Positions 39,101 to 55,072 of a stretch of 64,000 nt of DNA are shown here, piece by piece (the first letter of the stretch is position 1; the number at the start of each line of letters is the position of its first letter). A program made the position numbers and the translations under genes. The notes beneath the pieces are model-generated. The model worked only from the letters and a program-made list of their open reading frames with translations. It did no database searches and had not been told where the DNA came from. The stretch covers positions 15,128,001-15,192,000 of the forward strand of contig OZ024761.1 of the NCBI GenBank assembly GCA_964016885.1, given 5' to 3'. This DNA comes from Eledone cirrhosa. Lineage: Eukaryota.

Positions 39101-41558
39101 CTTTTTCCTTCCCTTTAGATTGAATAAACAAAAATATTTTACGTCTACACTTATATTCAACATAACTCATGTCAGTCTTCACAAGTTTTTGCTACATCTG
39201 ATTCAAGCTGTTATGGCTTTGGGAGGAAAGTAATCACAAAGTAAAGTATCCAGCTAAGAATTTATTCCGTAGTACGTGTCATAAGAAAGATTTGTAGTTC
39301 TAAGAAACCTAACAAATATATTTCAAATTTATCGGCAATTAAACAAAACTTAAAAATAAGCAATACTAAAGCCACAAACGTTTTTCTATCTACGTCTCTC
39401 CTGAAGAAAAAAACAAAAACAAAACCGCTCGAATTATTACGAGGAGTGTAAACAGAAGAATATAGCTAATAAACAATTAATTTATGTATATGCATGTATG
39501 TATTGTGTGTAAACATACTGTAAGACAGACAGGCTCTAAGGAAAACATAACATTACCGTTTCTGAACACATTTCAGAGTCATACTAACTAAATTTATTTT
39601 AGCATTTCTTTAATAAAGAACAACATGGTATTTGACATAAATGATAAAAAAAAAAAAAAAAAAAAAAATTGTTTTACTATTTCATACGCTCTGGCAGATA
39701 TTGAAATCCTATCTCTAGATTCGTTTAAATACATTATATTGGACTTACTTGAATTTAAAACTGATGAAATTATTTTAAAAACTTTTGTACCAAAATAAAA
39801 ATACACTATCAAGGTTTTTAGTCTCATAAATGCGTGGTGGTTATAGACATTTAACTGTTGTTGTAGGGGTGCCGTAATTACCGTCATGTGGGCATTTAAA
39901 CCTGACAGATCAATCCTCCCCTCCTCCAGGTCTAAAAACAGCTGATTTATTTTGCCAGAGAGAAAGAGAAATACTTTTCTCGTCTTTAAACGTTAATTTT
40001 GCACTTTACTTATTTTTCTTCTGTTATGTTGAATATAATTGTTGAGGTTTGTTCAATCTAACTCATATTAATCTCCACAGTCAAGTACCTGTTTTTACTA
40101 TATCTGCTTCAAGCTGTTATAGGTGGGATAAGGCAGTACAACCGAAAATAAAATGTCACTTTAAGGATTCACTCGTAGAAAGTGTCAAAAGAAGGGACAC
40201 TGATATAAGGTTTGTAGGCCTAAGCAACCTAAGAAATAGATTTTAAAGTTATCGGCAGTTAAACAAAACTTATAAATAGGCAATAATTTAGACAATTCAG
40301 TAGACCACTTAACTTTATTAATAATCAGAAAACAAGGCCACTTATTGACAATAGACCAGACAAAACATTTAACAAGAATTACTACAACGATGGTGCGAGA
40401 AGATCGTGGTTTCTAAATCAGAGAATGTTTCTTTAACAAACACAAGCATATAAAAAGTAGAAGGGATATTGACAGTGCATAGAACTAGGAAATAACTTCT
40501 ATCAAATAGATTTTCTAGTGGCTAGGAACTTAGTAGCTCCAGTTATAATTGCGTTACACATGTTCAGTAAGTATTTTTCTATTGAAATCAAACTTTAAAG
40601 GTATACTAAAGCCACAGACGTTTTCATATATATGTTTCATCTAAAGTCAAAAACGTAAGAATTATTACAAGCAGTGTAAACACGAATTAAAGCTAATACA
40701 TGTACCAAGAAGGCTACCTCAAGATTTGCAATTCATTCAAGAAGAAATCAAACTTATGCATATGTCGACGACATAATTATGGCTAGAGAGGACATGAAGA
40801 ATCTACAACTAGGTGGAAGACAAGAGAAACGACCATACTACCTGAAATATTATATATTATGATAGTAAATATTTCTTATACTGTCATGTTTTTTCTTTAA
40901 AACGTTTGCATCTCAATAAAGTGGAGAAAACTATTATATACTGTTGTTATATCATTATACTTTAGTTTAAACTTATTTCTATCTCTTCACATTAGAAAGA
41001 ATAAAAACTTAGTAAAATCCTATATGTGTATAAATATAATATATGTCAGTGTGTTTGTAAGTATATAATAATAATATGCATGTTGACAAAGAGTTGTAAA
41101 AACCAAGCAAGTCAACCTACAGTTCTACACTAACAGAGACGGCATAGAAAACGTTACCTCTTACAAGCGAATGCGAAAAGAGATTGTTTCAAAAATACCG
41201 GTGTAACACTAAATATATTACCGGTGCAACTATTTCAGTTTACCCTTTTATAAACTCACTCCAGTCATTTCAAATCGTGTTCAGAGTACCGGCAGTAAGA
41301 AAAAAATAAAGCGTTTGCGAAGTTTCTAAATCTGCTAAAAATGACAGCTAAATCTCTCACTCTGTCTCCAATGTGTAATAAACCGTGACTCATAGAAATA
41401 TATATATTTGTATGTATGTATGTGTGTATAAATATATGTGTATATACCTAAGAATGTACACACACACACACATACACGTCTATGTATATATATATATATG
41501 TATACATACATGCATATATATATATATATGTATATATATGTATACATATCTACATACA

Positions 41559-41599
<41 letters not shown>

Positions 41600-41999
41600 G
41601 TGTGTCTCTCTCTCTATATATATATATATATATGTACATATATGTGTAAATATGTATATATATTAGTGTATATATATTGCAATGTATATGCATACTCGTA
41701 TAATTATACTCTATATTATTAGTCGATATATCCATATACAATTACCCCTCCCCCGGCATTCGTGGGGTTTACAGTCCTAGAGAACCCGAGAACAGTGAAA
41801 AACCGCGAATATTGTAGGTGGTCCATAGAAATGCCTATAAACCTCAAAATACCACGTAAAATATAATAAAAATCGAGTGAGCGTCTTATGCGTCCAATAG
41901 GCCAACAAATACAATATATTATTGTTAATAATCTAGCGTTAAAACAATATATATTGTCACAAAAAAGGCATATATATACATATATTGTTTTGACTGCTA

Positions 42000-42346
42000 T
42001 TTCTAGCATACACTAGAAAAAACCGGAAGTGGAGAAAATTGAAAAACTTCTTCTTTTTCCCCCCTCTAACTTTTCAAACAAAAGAAAATTTTATGTAAAC
42101 AAAAACGAAATTTTTGCCAAGAAAGATAACTCTTCTCTGACTTAAATCCAAAATTGGGATACAAAAAATTGCGGAATTTATTTTGTATCCCAATTTGGGA
42201 TTTAAGTCAGAGAAGAGTTATCTTTCTTGGCAAAAATTTCGTTTTTGTTTACATAAAATTTCCTTTTGTTCGAAAAGTTAGTGGAAGGAAAAAGAAGAAG
42301 TTTTTCAATTTTCTACCCTTCCGGTTTTTCTTTTTTATGCTAGAAA
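42000..42346. repeat. Long palindrome, unit 7
   Basis: Same hairpin with a few extra right-arm substitutions (TTTGGGA, GTGGAAGG). Confidence 0.97.
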
Positions 42347-42389
42347 GAACAGTGAAAGTAATATATATGTATACACACACACACACACG

Positions 42390-42447
<58 letters not shown>

Positions 42448-45400
42448 CAGTAAACACCTACATTCGCGGAATATTCCTTAGAACCTAAGTAATAATTATA
42501 TATATATATATATATATAGAGAAAGAAATAAACACACAGATATATATATATACACACATATATATCTATATATGTGTGTATGTATACATATGTTTATGTA
42601 TATATATAAGTATTTATATGTATATATACATTTATACATATATATATATACATACACACACACATATTTATATGTACACACACACACATATATACTGTGC
42701 CAATCTATTGAGTACATTGTATTTATTGTGGTTTCTCTCCGACGCGACCTGTGAATCTACACACACATATATTAGAAGATGTAAGACGAGTCGCACCCAA
42801 AGTATGACATTTGGGTGCTGTTTCTAGCAGGTTTAGAATTTACTATTTTCCAAACAGAATTCTGTTTTACACCCCTCACTCTGAACTCGATTTCAAATTA
42901 CCGGGTAGTTTGTTGAAGCACGGTTCAACTGAAATATCTACACCGGTAACTTAATTAGTGTTACACCGGTATACCTGAGGCATAAACTATTTGGCATTCT
43001 TCGAAGGAGGTACTGGTTTTTTCGCTGTCTTAAATGGAGTATATACGCACACACATAAATTAATGTTTATCTCTGTACAAAGAGATTAACATCATTTCTT
43101 AAATTATTACTTAGGGTTTTACAACAAAACGTATTGTATGTGTAATTATACATACATTGAATTTAAGTATTTATTTTTTAATTTTACATACATTTTAGTA
43201 TTATATATGTATATATTCATTTGTGTGTGCGTTAATTTCGTGGGTAACTGCAGTTAACGTTCGTCTCGTGTTGGGTTTTATTACAGAGTTAAAGTGACTG
43301 TAGAATGTGAATAAAAACGTAAGAAAGATCGAAAACACTGTTGCTGTATATATATATATATATATAAATTTTATTGGCACATTAAAATTGTTTCAATACT
43401 GATAGTTCGGAGTACAATCATAATATGTATATATTTTTCACATGAAATCAATATTCAAACGGACCCCAGTGTGTTTATTTTAAAGCGACGAAATTCTACC
43501 TCCCAGGGATTTGAACACAGTTTCATGTTACTGGGTGGTACGATGAAGCAGAGAGAGAGTATAAAATCGCTACACTGGTGGCATATTTAGTGTTTCACCG
43601 GTTTTCTTATAACAACACACTGGATACGACGTGCATGAGAGAGGTAAAGTTTTATTTGTCTTCCGTGTTAGAGTATAACTGTAGTTTGACTTGTTAAATT
43701 TATAGTATATGTTTGTTATATATATTCTTAACTATGCAATGATAGCATCTCAGTCACTAATTTCATCTCTTTGGAGGTTACTGCTCTGATGTCATCTCTT
43801 CCACTAAGACACTCTCCATAGCCTTGCCTCTCCTCGTAACATCACCCAAAGTTGTATCAATCTCCACAAAGCCAACACTTCTCATTATCTCTAAGAAAGC
43901 CACCTTAAGCAAGTGTTTCGACGTGTGTGTGTGTGTAGAATAAACGCAAGGTTTGACGGAACAAGTAAATAAAAAATATTCCTTCTAATATATATATCTT
44001 GTACATTGTATTATATTAAGGTGTTTCTGTAAATTAAAAACAATGAAAGTGACACCTAAATTTAACGTCACTTTGATATTAACAGACATTCTTCATCTTC
44101 ATAGTAAGTTCAATCAAGGGTTTACTACTTAGTGTATTTATGTGTCTTTGTCTCATCTCCAAATAAAGTTTTAAATGGTATGGCAACGTGTTGAAGTGAA
44201 TCACGCTTATTTATATGCTGACTGTGTTACGACTAGAAAGAGAAAAATAAAGCTTTAAATGGTATGACTACGTGTTCAAATCAATCAAATTCCTTACAGT
44301 GTGAGGATAAAAAAAGTTAATGTTTTAAGTTGATTCGAAATCCAACCACGGCATTCCCCAGTCCTATGTCTTACCACTAGACTATAAAGACTTAAGTGAT
44401 TTTCTTTTGAATATTTACATATATAAACTTATTTTTAGTCTAATAATAAAATAGCTTTAAATGTGTTTATTTTCACTCCGTATTTGTTGGTCTGTAGGTG
44501 GCCGTATGGGTAGTTGTGGTGTATCTATGCATCAATTCAGTGTGTATAGATTTGGAGATAGGGTTTCGATCTTCTACTTTATCTTAAATATAAAACATTT
44601 TTATTTTTTTTATTTTAAATATTGGTCTCTATCTTCTGGGCTACCCGGGGCCACGATCATCTCGAAGCCACCCTTCTAGTTCCCCCTCCGCTCGAACCTA
44701 CACTACCACCACTTTACCAGACGCCCGCCAAGCGGCCGTAATTCTACTGTGCAAATTTCATATATTTAAATCTATTTTAGCATTTCTTTAATAAAGAACC
44801 ACATACGATGTTTGACATAATTGAAAAGAGAAAAATATTCTTTTACTATTTCATAAGCTCTGGCAGGTATCGAACACCTCATATTTTACTTACGTCCAAA
44901 ACGCAAACATGTATATATAATATTAATTTTTTGATAACTTTACAGTGAGAAAATACATTTATCGATAGGGTTTCCAATCTCAGAAATATCTCCACTAGAG
45001 ATGTGTGTGTGTATATATCTTTATTATTCCTTTGAAAAGTAGTTTTAATTAAACATTTTTATATATTTCACTATTTCCAAAGTCCTGGCAGATATTGCAA
45101 CTCCATCTGTAGATTCATGTAAATACATTGTATTTGACTTACATGAAATTAAATATATAATTTGTTTTTAAATTTTGTTTTCAAGTACCAAAATATAAAC
45201 AAATTAGTCAGGTTTTCAGTCTCTTAAATGCATGGTTGTTATAGATACTTAACTGTTGTTGTAGGGCTGTCGTATTTACCGTCATGTGTACATTTAAATC
45301 TGACTGAGTCAATCCTCCCATCCGCCTGGTCTAAAAACAGCCTATTTATTTTACAGGAGAGAAAGCGAGATACCTTTCTTATGCCTTTAAACGTTAATTT

Positions 45401-47882
45401 TGCACTTGACTTAAAATTCTTTTTCCTTCCCTTTAGATTGAATAAACAAAAATATTTTACGTCTACACTTATATTCAACATAACTCATGTCAGTCTTCAC
45501 AAGTTTTTGCTACATCTGATTCAAGCTGTTATGGCTTTGGGAGGAAAGTAATCACAAAGTAAAGTATCCAGCTAAGAATTTATTCCGTAGTACGTGTCAT
45601 AAGAAAGATTTGTAGTTCTAAGAAACCTAACAAATATATTTCAAATTTATCGGCAATTAAACAAAACTTAAAAATAAGCAATACTAAAGCCACAAACGTT
45701 TTTCTATCTACGTCTCTCCTGAAGAAAAAAACAAAAACAAAACCGCTCGAATTATTACGAGGAGTGTAAACAGAAGAATATAGCTAATAAACAATTAATT
45801 TATGTATATGCATGTATGTATTGTGTGTAAACATACTGTAAGACAGACAGGCTCTAAGGAAAACATAACATTACCGTTTCTGAACACATTTCAGAGTCAT
45901 ACTAACTAAATTTATTTTAGCATTTCTTTAATAAAGAACAACTCATGGTATTTGACATAAATGGTAAAAAAATAAAAAAATAAATTATTTTACTATTTCA
46001 TACGCTCTGGCAGATATTGAAATCCTATCTCTAGATTCGTTTAAATACATTATATTGGACTTACTTGAATTTAAAACTGATGAAATTATTTAAAAAACTT
46101 TTGTACCAAAATAAAAATACACTATCAAGGTTTTTAGTCTCATAAATGCGTGGTGGTTATAGACATTTAACTGTTGTTGTAGGGGTGCCGTAATTACCGT
46201 CATGTGGGCATTTAAACCTGACAGATCAATCCTCCCCTCCTCCAGGTCTAAAAACAGCTGATTTATTTTGCCAGAGAGAAAGAGAAATACTTTTCTCGTC
46301 TTTAAACGTTAATTTTGCACTTTTCTTATAATTCCTTTTTCTTCTGTTATGTTGAATATAATTGTTGAGGTTTGTTCAATCTAACTCATATTAATCTCCA
46401 CAGTCAAGTACCTGTTTTTACTATATCTGCTTCAAGCTGTTATAGGTGGGATAAGGCAGTACAACCGAAAATAAAATGTCACTTTAAGGATTCACTCGTA
46501 GAAAGTGTCAAAAGAAGGGACACTGATATAAGGTTTGTAGGCCTAAGCAACCTAAGAAATAGATTTTAAAGTTATCGGCAGTTAAACAAAACTTATAAAT
46601 AGGCAATAATTTAGACAATTCAGTAGACCACTTAACTTTATTAATAATCAGAAAACAAGGCCACTTATTGACAATAGACCAGACAAAACATTTAACAAGA
46701 ATTACTACAACGATGGTGCGAGAAGATCGTGGTTTCTAAATCAGAGAATGTTTCTTTAACAAACACAAGCATATAAAAAGTAGAGGGGATATTGACAGTG
46801 CATAGAACTAGGAAATAACTTCTATCAAATAGATTTTCTAGTGGCTAAGAACTTAGTAGCTCCAGTTATAATTGCGTTACACATGTTCAGTAAGTATTTT
46901 TCTATTGAAATCAAACTTAAAGGTATACTAAAGCCACAAACGTTTTCATATATATGTTTCATCTAAAGTCAAAAACGTAAGAATTATTACAAGCAGTGTA
47001 AACACGAATTAAAGCTAATACATGTACCAAGAAGGCTACCTCAAGATTTGCAATTCATTCAAGAAGAAATCAAACTTATGCATATGTCGACGACATAATT
47101 ATGGCTAGAGAGGACATGAAGAATCTACAACTAGGTGGAAGACAAGAGAAACGACCATACTACCTGAAATATTATATATTATGATAGTAAATATTTCTTA
47201 TACTGTCATGTTTTTTCTTTAAAACGTTTGCATCTCAATAAAGTGGAGAAAACTATTATATACTGTTGTTATATCATTATACTTTAGTTTAAACTTATTT
47301 CTATCTCTTCACATTAGAAAGAATAAAAACTTAGTAAAATCCTATATGTGTATAAATATAATATATGTCAGTGTGTTTGTAAGTATATAATAATAATATG
47401 CATGTTGACAAAGAGTTGTAAAAACCAAGCAAGTCAACCTACAGTTCTACACTAACAGAGACGGCATAGAAAACGTTACCTCTTACAAGCGAATGCGAAA
47501 AGAGATTATTTCAAAAATACCGGTGTAACACTAAATATATTACCGGTGCAACTATTTCAGTTTACCCTTTTATAAACTCACTCCAGTCATTTCAAATCGT
47601 GTTCAGAGTACCGACAGTAAGAAAAAAATAAAGCGTTTGCGAAGTTTCTAAATCTGCTAAAAATGACAGCTAAATCTCTCACTCTGTCTCCAATGTGTAA
47701 TAAACCGTGACTCATAGAAATATATATATTTGTATGTATGTATGTGTGTATAAATATATGTGTATATACCTAAGAATGTACACACACACACACACACACA
47801 CGTCTATGTATATATATATATATGTATACATACATGCATATATATATATATATGTATATATATGTATACATATCTACATACA

Positions 47883-47935
<53 letters not shown>

Positions 47936-47940
47936 GTGTG

Positions 47941-47975
<35 letters not shown>

Positions 47976-48341
47976 GTACATATATGTGTAAATATGTATA
48001 TATATTAGTGTATATATATTGCAATGTATATGCATACTCGTATAATTATACTCTATATTATTAGTCGATATATCCATATACAATTACCCCTCCCCCGGCA
48101 TTCGTGGGGTTTACAGTCCTAGAGAACCCGAGAACAGTGAAAAACCGCGAATATTGTAGGTGGTCCATAGAAATGCCTATAAACCTCAAAATACAACGTA
48201 AAATATAATAAAAATCGAGTGAGCGTCTTATGCGTCCAATAGGCCAACAAATACAATATATTATTGTTAATAATCTAGCGTTAAAACAATATATATTGTC
48301 ACAAAAAAGGCATATATATACATATATTGTTTTGACTGCTA

Positions 48342-48688
48342 TTTCTAGCATACACTAGAAAAAACCGGAAGTGGAGAAAATTGAAAAACTTCTTCTTTTT
48401 CCCTCCTCTAACTTTTCAAACAAAAGAAAATTTTATGTAAACAAAAACGAAATTTTTGCCAAGAAAGATAACTCTTCTCTGACTTAAATCCAAAATTGGG
48501 ATACAAAAAATTGCGGAATTTATTTTGTATCCCAATTTTGGATTTAAGTCAGAGAAGAGTTATCTTTCTTGGCAAAAATTTCGTTTTTGTTTACATAAAA
48601 TTTCCTTTTGTTCGAAAAGTTAGAGGAGGGAAAAAGAAGAAGTTTTTCAATTTTCTACCCTTCCGGTTTTTCTTTTTTATGCTAGAAA
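48342..48688. repeat. Long palindrome, unit 8
   Basis: Same hairpin; the left-arm CCCTCCTC now pairs perfectly with GAGGAGGG. Confidence 0.98.
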
Positions 48689-48720
48689 GAACAGTGAAAG
48701 TAATATATATGTATATACAT

Positions 48721-48775
<55 letters not shown>

Positions 48776-51700
48776 AAGAGAGAGAGAGAGAGACAGTAAA
48801 CCCCTATATTCGCGGAATATTCCTTAGAACCTAAGTAATAATTATATATATATATATATAGAGAAAGAAATAAACACACAGATATATATATATACACACA
48901 TATATATCTATATATGTGTGTATGTATACATATGTTTATGTATATATATAAGTATTTATATATATATATACATTTATACATATATATATATACACACACA
49001 CATATTTATATGTACACACACACACATATATACTGTGCCAATCTATTGAGTACATTGTATTTATTGTGGTTTCTCTCCGACGCGACCTGTGAATCTACAC
49101 ACACATATATTAGAAGATGTAAGACGAGTCGCACCCAAAGTATGACATTTGGGTGCTGTTTCTAGCAGGTTTAGAATTTACTATTTTCCAAACAGAATTC
49201 TGTTTTACACCCCTCACTCTAAACTCGATTTCAAATTACCGGGTAGTTTGTTGAAGCACGGTTCAACTGAAATATCTACACCGGTAACTTAATTAGTGTT
49301 ACACCGGTATACCTGAGGCATAAACTATTTGGCATTCTTCGAAGGAGGTACTGGTTTTTTCGCTGTCTTAAATGGAGTATATACGCACACACATAAATTA
49401 ATGTTTATCTCTGTACAAAGAGATTAACATCATTTCTTAAATTATTACTTAGGGTTTTACAACAAAACGTATTGTATGTGTAATTATACATACATTGAAT
49501 TTAAGTATTTATTTTTTAATTTTACATACATTTTAGTAGTATATATGTATATATTCATTTGTGTGTGCGTTCATTTCGTGGGTAACTGCAGTTAACGTTC
49601 GTCTCGTGTTGGGTTTTATTACAGAGTTAGAGTGACTGTAGAATGTGAATAAAAAAGTAAGAAAGATCGAAAACACTGTTGCTGTATATATATATATATA
49701 TAAATTTTATTGGCACATTAAAATTGTTTCAATATTGATAGTTCGGAGTACAATCATAATATGTATATATTTTTCACATGAAATCAATATTCAAACTGAC
49801 CCCAGTGTGTTTATTTTAAAGCGACGAAATTCTACCTCCCAGGGATTTGAACACAGTTTCATGTTACTGGGTGGTACGATGAAGCAGAGAGAGAGTATAA
49901 AATCGCTACACTGGTGGCATATTTAGTGTTTCACCGGTTTTCTTATAACAACACACTGGATACGACGTGCATGAGAGAGGTAAAGTTTTATTTGTCTTCC
50001 GTGTTAGAGTATAACTGTAGTTTGACTTGTTAAATTTATAGTATATGTTTGTTATATATATTCTTAACTATGCAATGATAGCATCTCAGTCACTAATTTC
50101 ATCTCTTTGGAGGTTACTGCTCTGATGTCATCTCTTCCACTAAGACACTCTCCATAGCCTTGCCTCTCCTCGTAACATCACCCAAAGTTGTATCAATCTC
50201 CACAAAGCCAACACTTCTCATTATCTCTAAGAAAGCCACCTTAAGCAAGTGTTTCGACGTGTGTGTGTGTGTAGAATAAACGCAAGGTTTGACGGAACAA
50301 GAAAATAAAAAATATTCCTTCTAATATATATATCTTGTACATTGTATTATATTAAGGTGTTTCTGTAAATTAAAAACAATGAAAGTGACACCTAAATTTA
50401 ACGTCACTTTGATATTAACAGACATTCTTCATCTTCATAGTAAGTTCAATCAAGGGTTTACTACTTAGTGTATTTATGTGTCTTTGTCTCATCTCCAAAT
50501 AAAGTTTTAAATGGTATGGCAACGTGTTGAAGTGAATCACGCTTATTTATATGCTGACTGTGTTACGACTAGAAAGAGAAAAATAAAGCTTTAAATGGTA
50601 TGACTACGTGTTCAAATCAATCAAATTCCTTACAGTGTGAGGAAAAAAAAAGTTAATGTTTTAAGTTGATTCGAAATCCAACCACGGCATTCCCCAGTCC
50701 TATGTCTTACCACTAGACTATAAAGACTTAAGTGATTTTCTTTTGAATATTTACATATATAAACTTATTTTTATTCTAATAATAAAATAGCTTTAAATGT
50801 GTTTATTTTCACTCCGTATTTGTTGGTCTGTAGGTGGCCGTGTGGGTAGTTGTGGTGTATCTATGCATCAATTCAGTGTGTATAGATTTGCAGATAGGGT
50901 TTCGATCTTCTACTTTATCTTAAATATAAAACATTTTTATTTTAAATATTGGTCTCTATCTTCTGGGCTACCCGGGGCCACGATCATCTCGAAGCCACCC
51001 TTCTAGTTCCCCCTCCGCTCGAACCTACACTACCACCACTTTACCAGACGCCCGCCAAGCGGCCGTAATTCTACTGTGCAAATTTCATATATTTAAATCT
51101 ATTTTAGCATTTCTTTAATAAAGAACCACATACGATGTTTGACATAATTGAAAAGAGAAAAATATTCTTTTACTATTTCATAAGCTCTGGCAGGTATCGA
51201 ACACCTCATATTTTACTTACGTCCAAAACGCAAACATGTATATATAATAATAATTTTTTGATAACTTTACAGTGAGAAAATACATTTATCGATAGGGTTT
51301 CCAATCTCAGAAATATCTCCACTAGAGATGTGTGTGTGTATATATCTTTATTATTCCTTTGAAAAGTAGTTTTAATTAAACATTTTTATATATTTCACTA
51401 TTTCCAAAGTCCTGGCAGATATTGCAACTCCATCTGTAGATTCATGTAAATACATTGTATTTGACTTACATGAAATTAAATATATAATTTGTTTTTAAAT
51501 TTTGTTTTCAAGTACCAAAATATAAACAAATTAGTCAGGTTTTCAGTCTCTTAAATGCATGGTTGTTATAGATACTTAACTGTTGTTGTAGGGCTGTCGT
51601 ATTTACCGTCATGTGTACATTTAAATCTGACTGAGTCAATCCTCCCATCCGCCTGGTCTAAAAACAGCCTATTTATTTTACAGGAGAGAAAGCGAGATAC

Positions 51701-54238
51701 CTTTCTTATGCCTTTAAACGTTAATTTTGCACTTGACTTAAAATTCTTTTTCCTTCCCTTTAGATTGAATAAACAAAAATATTTTACGTCTACACTTATA
51801 TTCAACATAACTCATGTCAGTCTTCACAAGTTTTTGCTACATCTGATTCAAGCTGTTATGGCTTTGGGAGGAAAGTAATCACAAAGTAAAGTATCCAGCT
51901 AAGAATTTATTCCGTAGTACGTGTCATAAGAAAGATTTGTAGTTCCAAGAAACCTAACAAATATATTTCAAATTTATCGGCAATTAAACAAAACTTTAAA
52001 ATAAGCAATACTAAAGCCACAAACGTTTTTCTATCTACGTCTCTCCTGAAGAAAAAAACAAAAACAAAACCGCTCGAATTATTACGAGGAGTGTAAACAG
52101 AAGAATATAGCTAATAAACAATTAATTTATGTATATGCATGTATGTATTGTGTGTAAACATACTGTAAGACAGACAGGCTCTAAGGAAAACATAACATTA
52201 CCGTTTCTGAACACATTTCAGAGTCATACTAACTAAATTTATTTTAGCATTTCTTTAATAAAGAACATCTCATGGTATTTGACATAAATGGTAAAAAAAA
52301 AAAAAAAAAATTGTTTTACTATTTCATACGCTCTGGCAGATATTGAAATCCTATCTCTAGATTCGTTTAAATACATTATCTTGGACTTACTTGAATTTAA
52401 AACTGATGAAATTATTTAAAAAACTTTTGTACCAAAATAAAAATACACTATCAAGGTTTTTAGTCTCATAAATGCGTGGTGGTTATAGACATTTAACTGT
52501 TGTTGTAGGGGTGCCGTAATTACCGTCATGTGGGCATTTAAACCTGACAGATCAATAATCCCTTCGTCCAGGTCTAAAAACAGCTGATTTATTTTGCCAG
52601 AGAGAAAGAGAAATACTTTTCTCGTCTTTAAACGTTAATTTTGCACTTTACTTATAATTCCTTTTTCTTCTGTTATGTTGAATATAATTGTTGAGGTTTG
52701 TTCAATCTAACTCATTAATCTCCACAGTCAAGTACCTGTTTTTACTATATCTGCTTCAAGCTGTTATAGGTGGGATAAGGCAGTACAACCGAAAATAAAA
52801 TGTCACTTTAAGGATTCACTCGTAGAAAGTGTCAAAAGAAGGGACACTGATATAAGGTTTGTAGGCCTAAGCAACCTAAGAAATAGATTTTAAAGTTATC
52901 GGCAGTTAAACAAAACTTATAAATAGGCAATAATTTAGACAATTCAGTAGACCACTTAACTTTATTAATAATCAGAAAACAAGGCCACTTATTGACAATA
53001 GACCAGACAAAACATTTAACAAGAATTACTACAACGATGGTGCGAGAATATCGTGGTTTCTAAATCAGAGAATGTTTCTTTAACAAACACAAGCATATAA
53101 ATAGTAGAGGGGATATTGACAGTGCATAGAACTAGGAAATAACTTCTATCAAATAGATTTTCTAGTGGCTAGGAACTTAGTAGCTCCAGTTATAATTGTG
53201 TTACACATGTTCAGTAAGTATTTTTCTATTGAAATCAAACTTAAAGGTATACTAAAGTCACAGACGTTTTCATATATATGTTTCATCTAAAGTCAAAAAC
53301 GTAAGAATTATTACAAGCAGTGTAAACACGAATTAAAGCTAATAAATGTACCAATAAGGCTACCTCAAGATTTGCAATTCATTCAAGAAGAAATCAAACT
53401 TATGCATATGTCGACGACATAATTATGGCTAGAGAGGACATGAAGAATCTACAACTAGGTGGAAGACAAGAGAAACGACCATACTACCTGAAATATTATA
53501 AATTATGATAGTAAATATTTCTTATACTGTCATGTTTTTTCTTTAAAACGTTTGCATCTCAATAAAGTGGAGAAAACTATTATATACTGTTGTTATATCA
53601 TTATACTTTAGTTTAAACTTATTTCTATCTCTTCACATTAGAAAGAATAAAAACTTAGTAAAATCCTATATGTGTATAAATATAATATATGTCAGTGTGT
53701 TTGTAAGTATATAATAATAATATGCATGTTGACAAAGAGTTGTAAAAACCAAGCAAGTCAACCTACAGTTCTACACTAACAGAGACGGCATAGAAAACGT
53801 TACCTCTTACAAGCGAATGCGAAAAGAGATTGTTTCAAAAATACCGGTGTAACACTAAATATATTACCGGTGCAACTATTTCAGTTTACCCTTTTATAAA
53901 CTCACTCCAGTCATTTCAAATCGTGTTCAGAGTACCGGCAGTAAGAAAAAAATAAAGCGTTTGCGAAGTTTCTAAATCTGCTAAAAATGACAGCTAAATC
54001 TCTCACTCTGTCTCCAATGTGTAATAAACCGTGACTCATAGAAATATATATATTTGTATGTATGTGTGTATAAATATATATGTATATACCTAAGAATGTA
54101 CACACACACACACACACACATGTCTATGTATATATATATATATGTATACATACATGCATATATATATATATGTATATATATGTATACATATCTACATACA
54201 TGCATATATATATATATATATATATATATACATGTGTG

Positions 54239-54269
<31 letters not shown>

Positions 54270-54634
54270 GTACATATATGTGTAAATATGTATATATATT
54301 AGTGTATATATATTGCAATGTATATGCATACTCGTATAATTATACTCTATATTATTAGTCGATATATCCATATACAATTACCCCTCCCCCGGCATTCGTG
54401 GGGTTTACAGTCCTAGAGAACCCGAGAACAGTGAAAAACCGCGAATATTGTAGGTGGTCCATAGAAATGCCTATAACCTCAAAATACAACGTAAAATATA
54501 ATAAAAATCGAGTGAGCGTCTTATGCGTCCAATAGGCCAACAAATACAATATATTGTTGTTAATAATCTAGCGTTAAAACAATATATATTGTCACAAAAA
54601 AGGCATATATATACATATATTGTTTTGACTGCTA

Positions 54635-54981
54635 TTTCTAGCATACACTAGAAAAAACCGGAAGTGGAGAAAATTGAAAAACTTCTTCTTCTTCCCCCCT
54701 CTAACTTTTCAAACAAAAGAAAATTTTATGTAAACAAAAACGAAATTTTTGCCAAGAAAGATAACTCTTCTCTGACTTAAATCCAAAATTGGGATACAAA
54801 AAATTGCGGAATTTATTTTGTATCCCAATTTTGGATTTAAGTCAGAGAAGAGTTATCTTTCTTGGCAAAAATTTCGTTTTTGTTTACATAAAATTTCCTT
54901 TTGTTCGAAAAGTTAGAGGAGGGAAAAAGAAGAAGTTTTTCAATTTTCTACCCTTCCGGTTTTTCTTTTTTATGCTAGAAA
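54635..54981. repeat. Long palindrome, unit 9
   Basis: Same hairpin as 3870-4216. Confidence 0.98.
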
Positions 54982-55013
54982 GAACAGTGAAAGTAATATA
55001 TATGTATATACAT

Positions 55014-55072
<59 letters not shown>

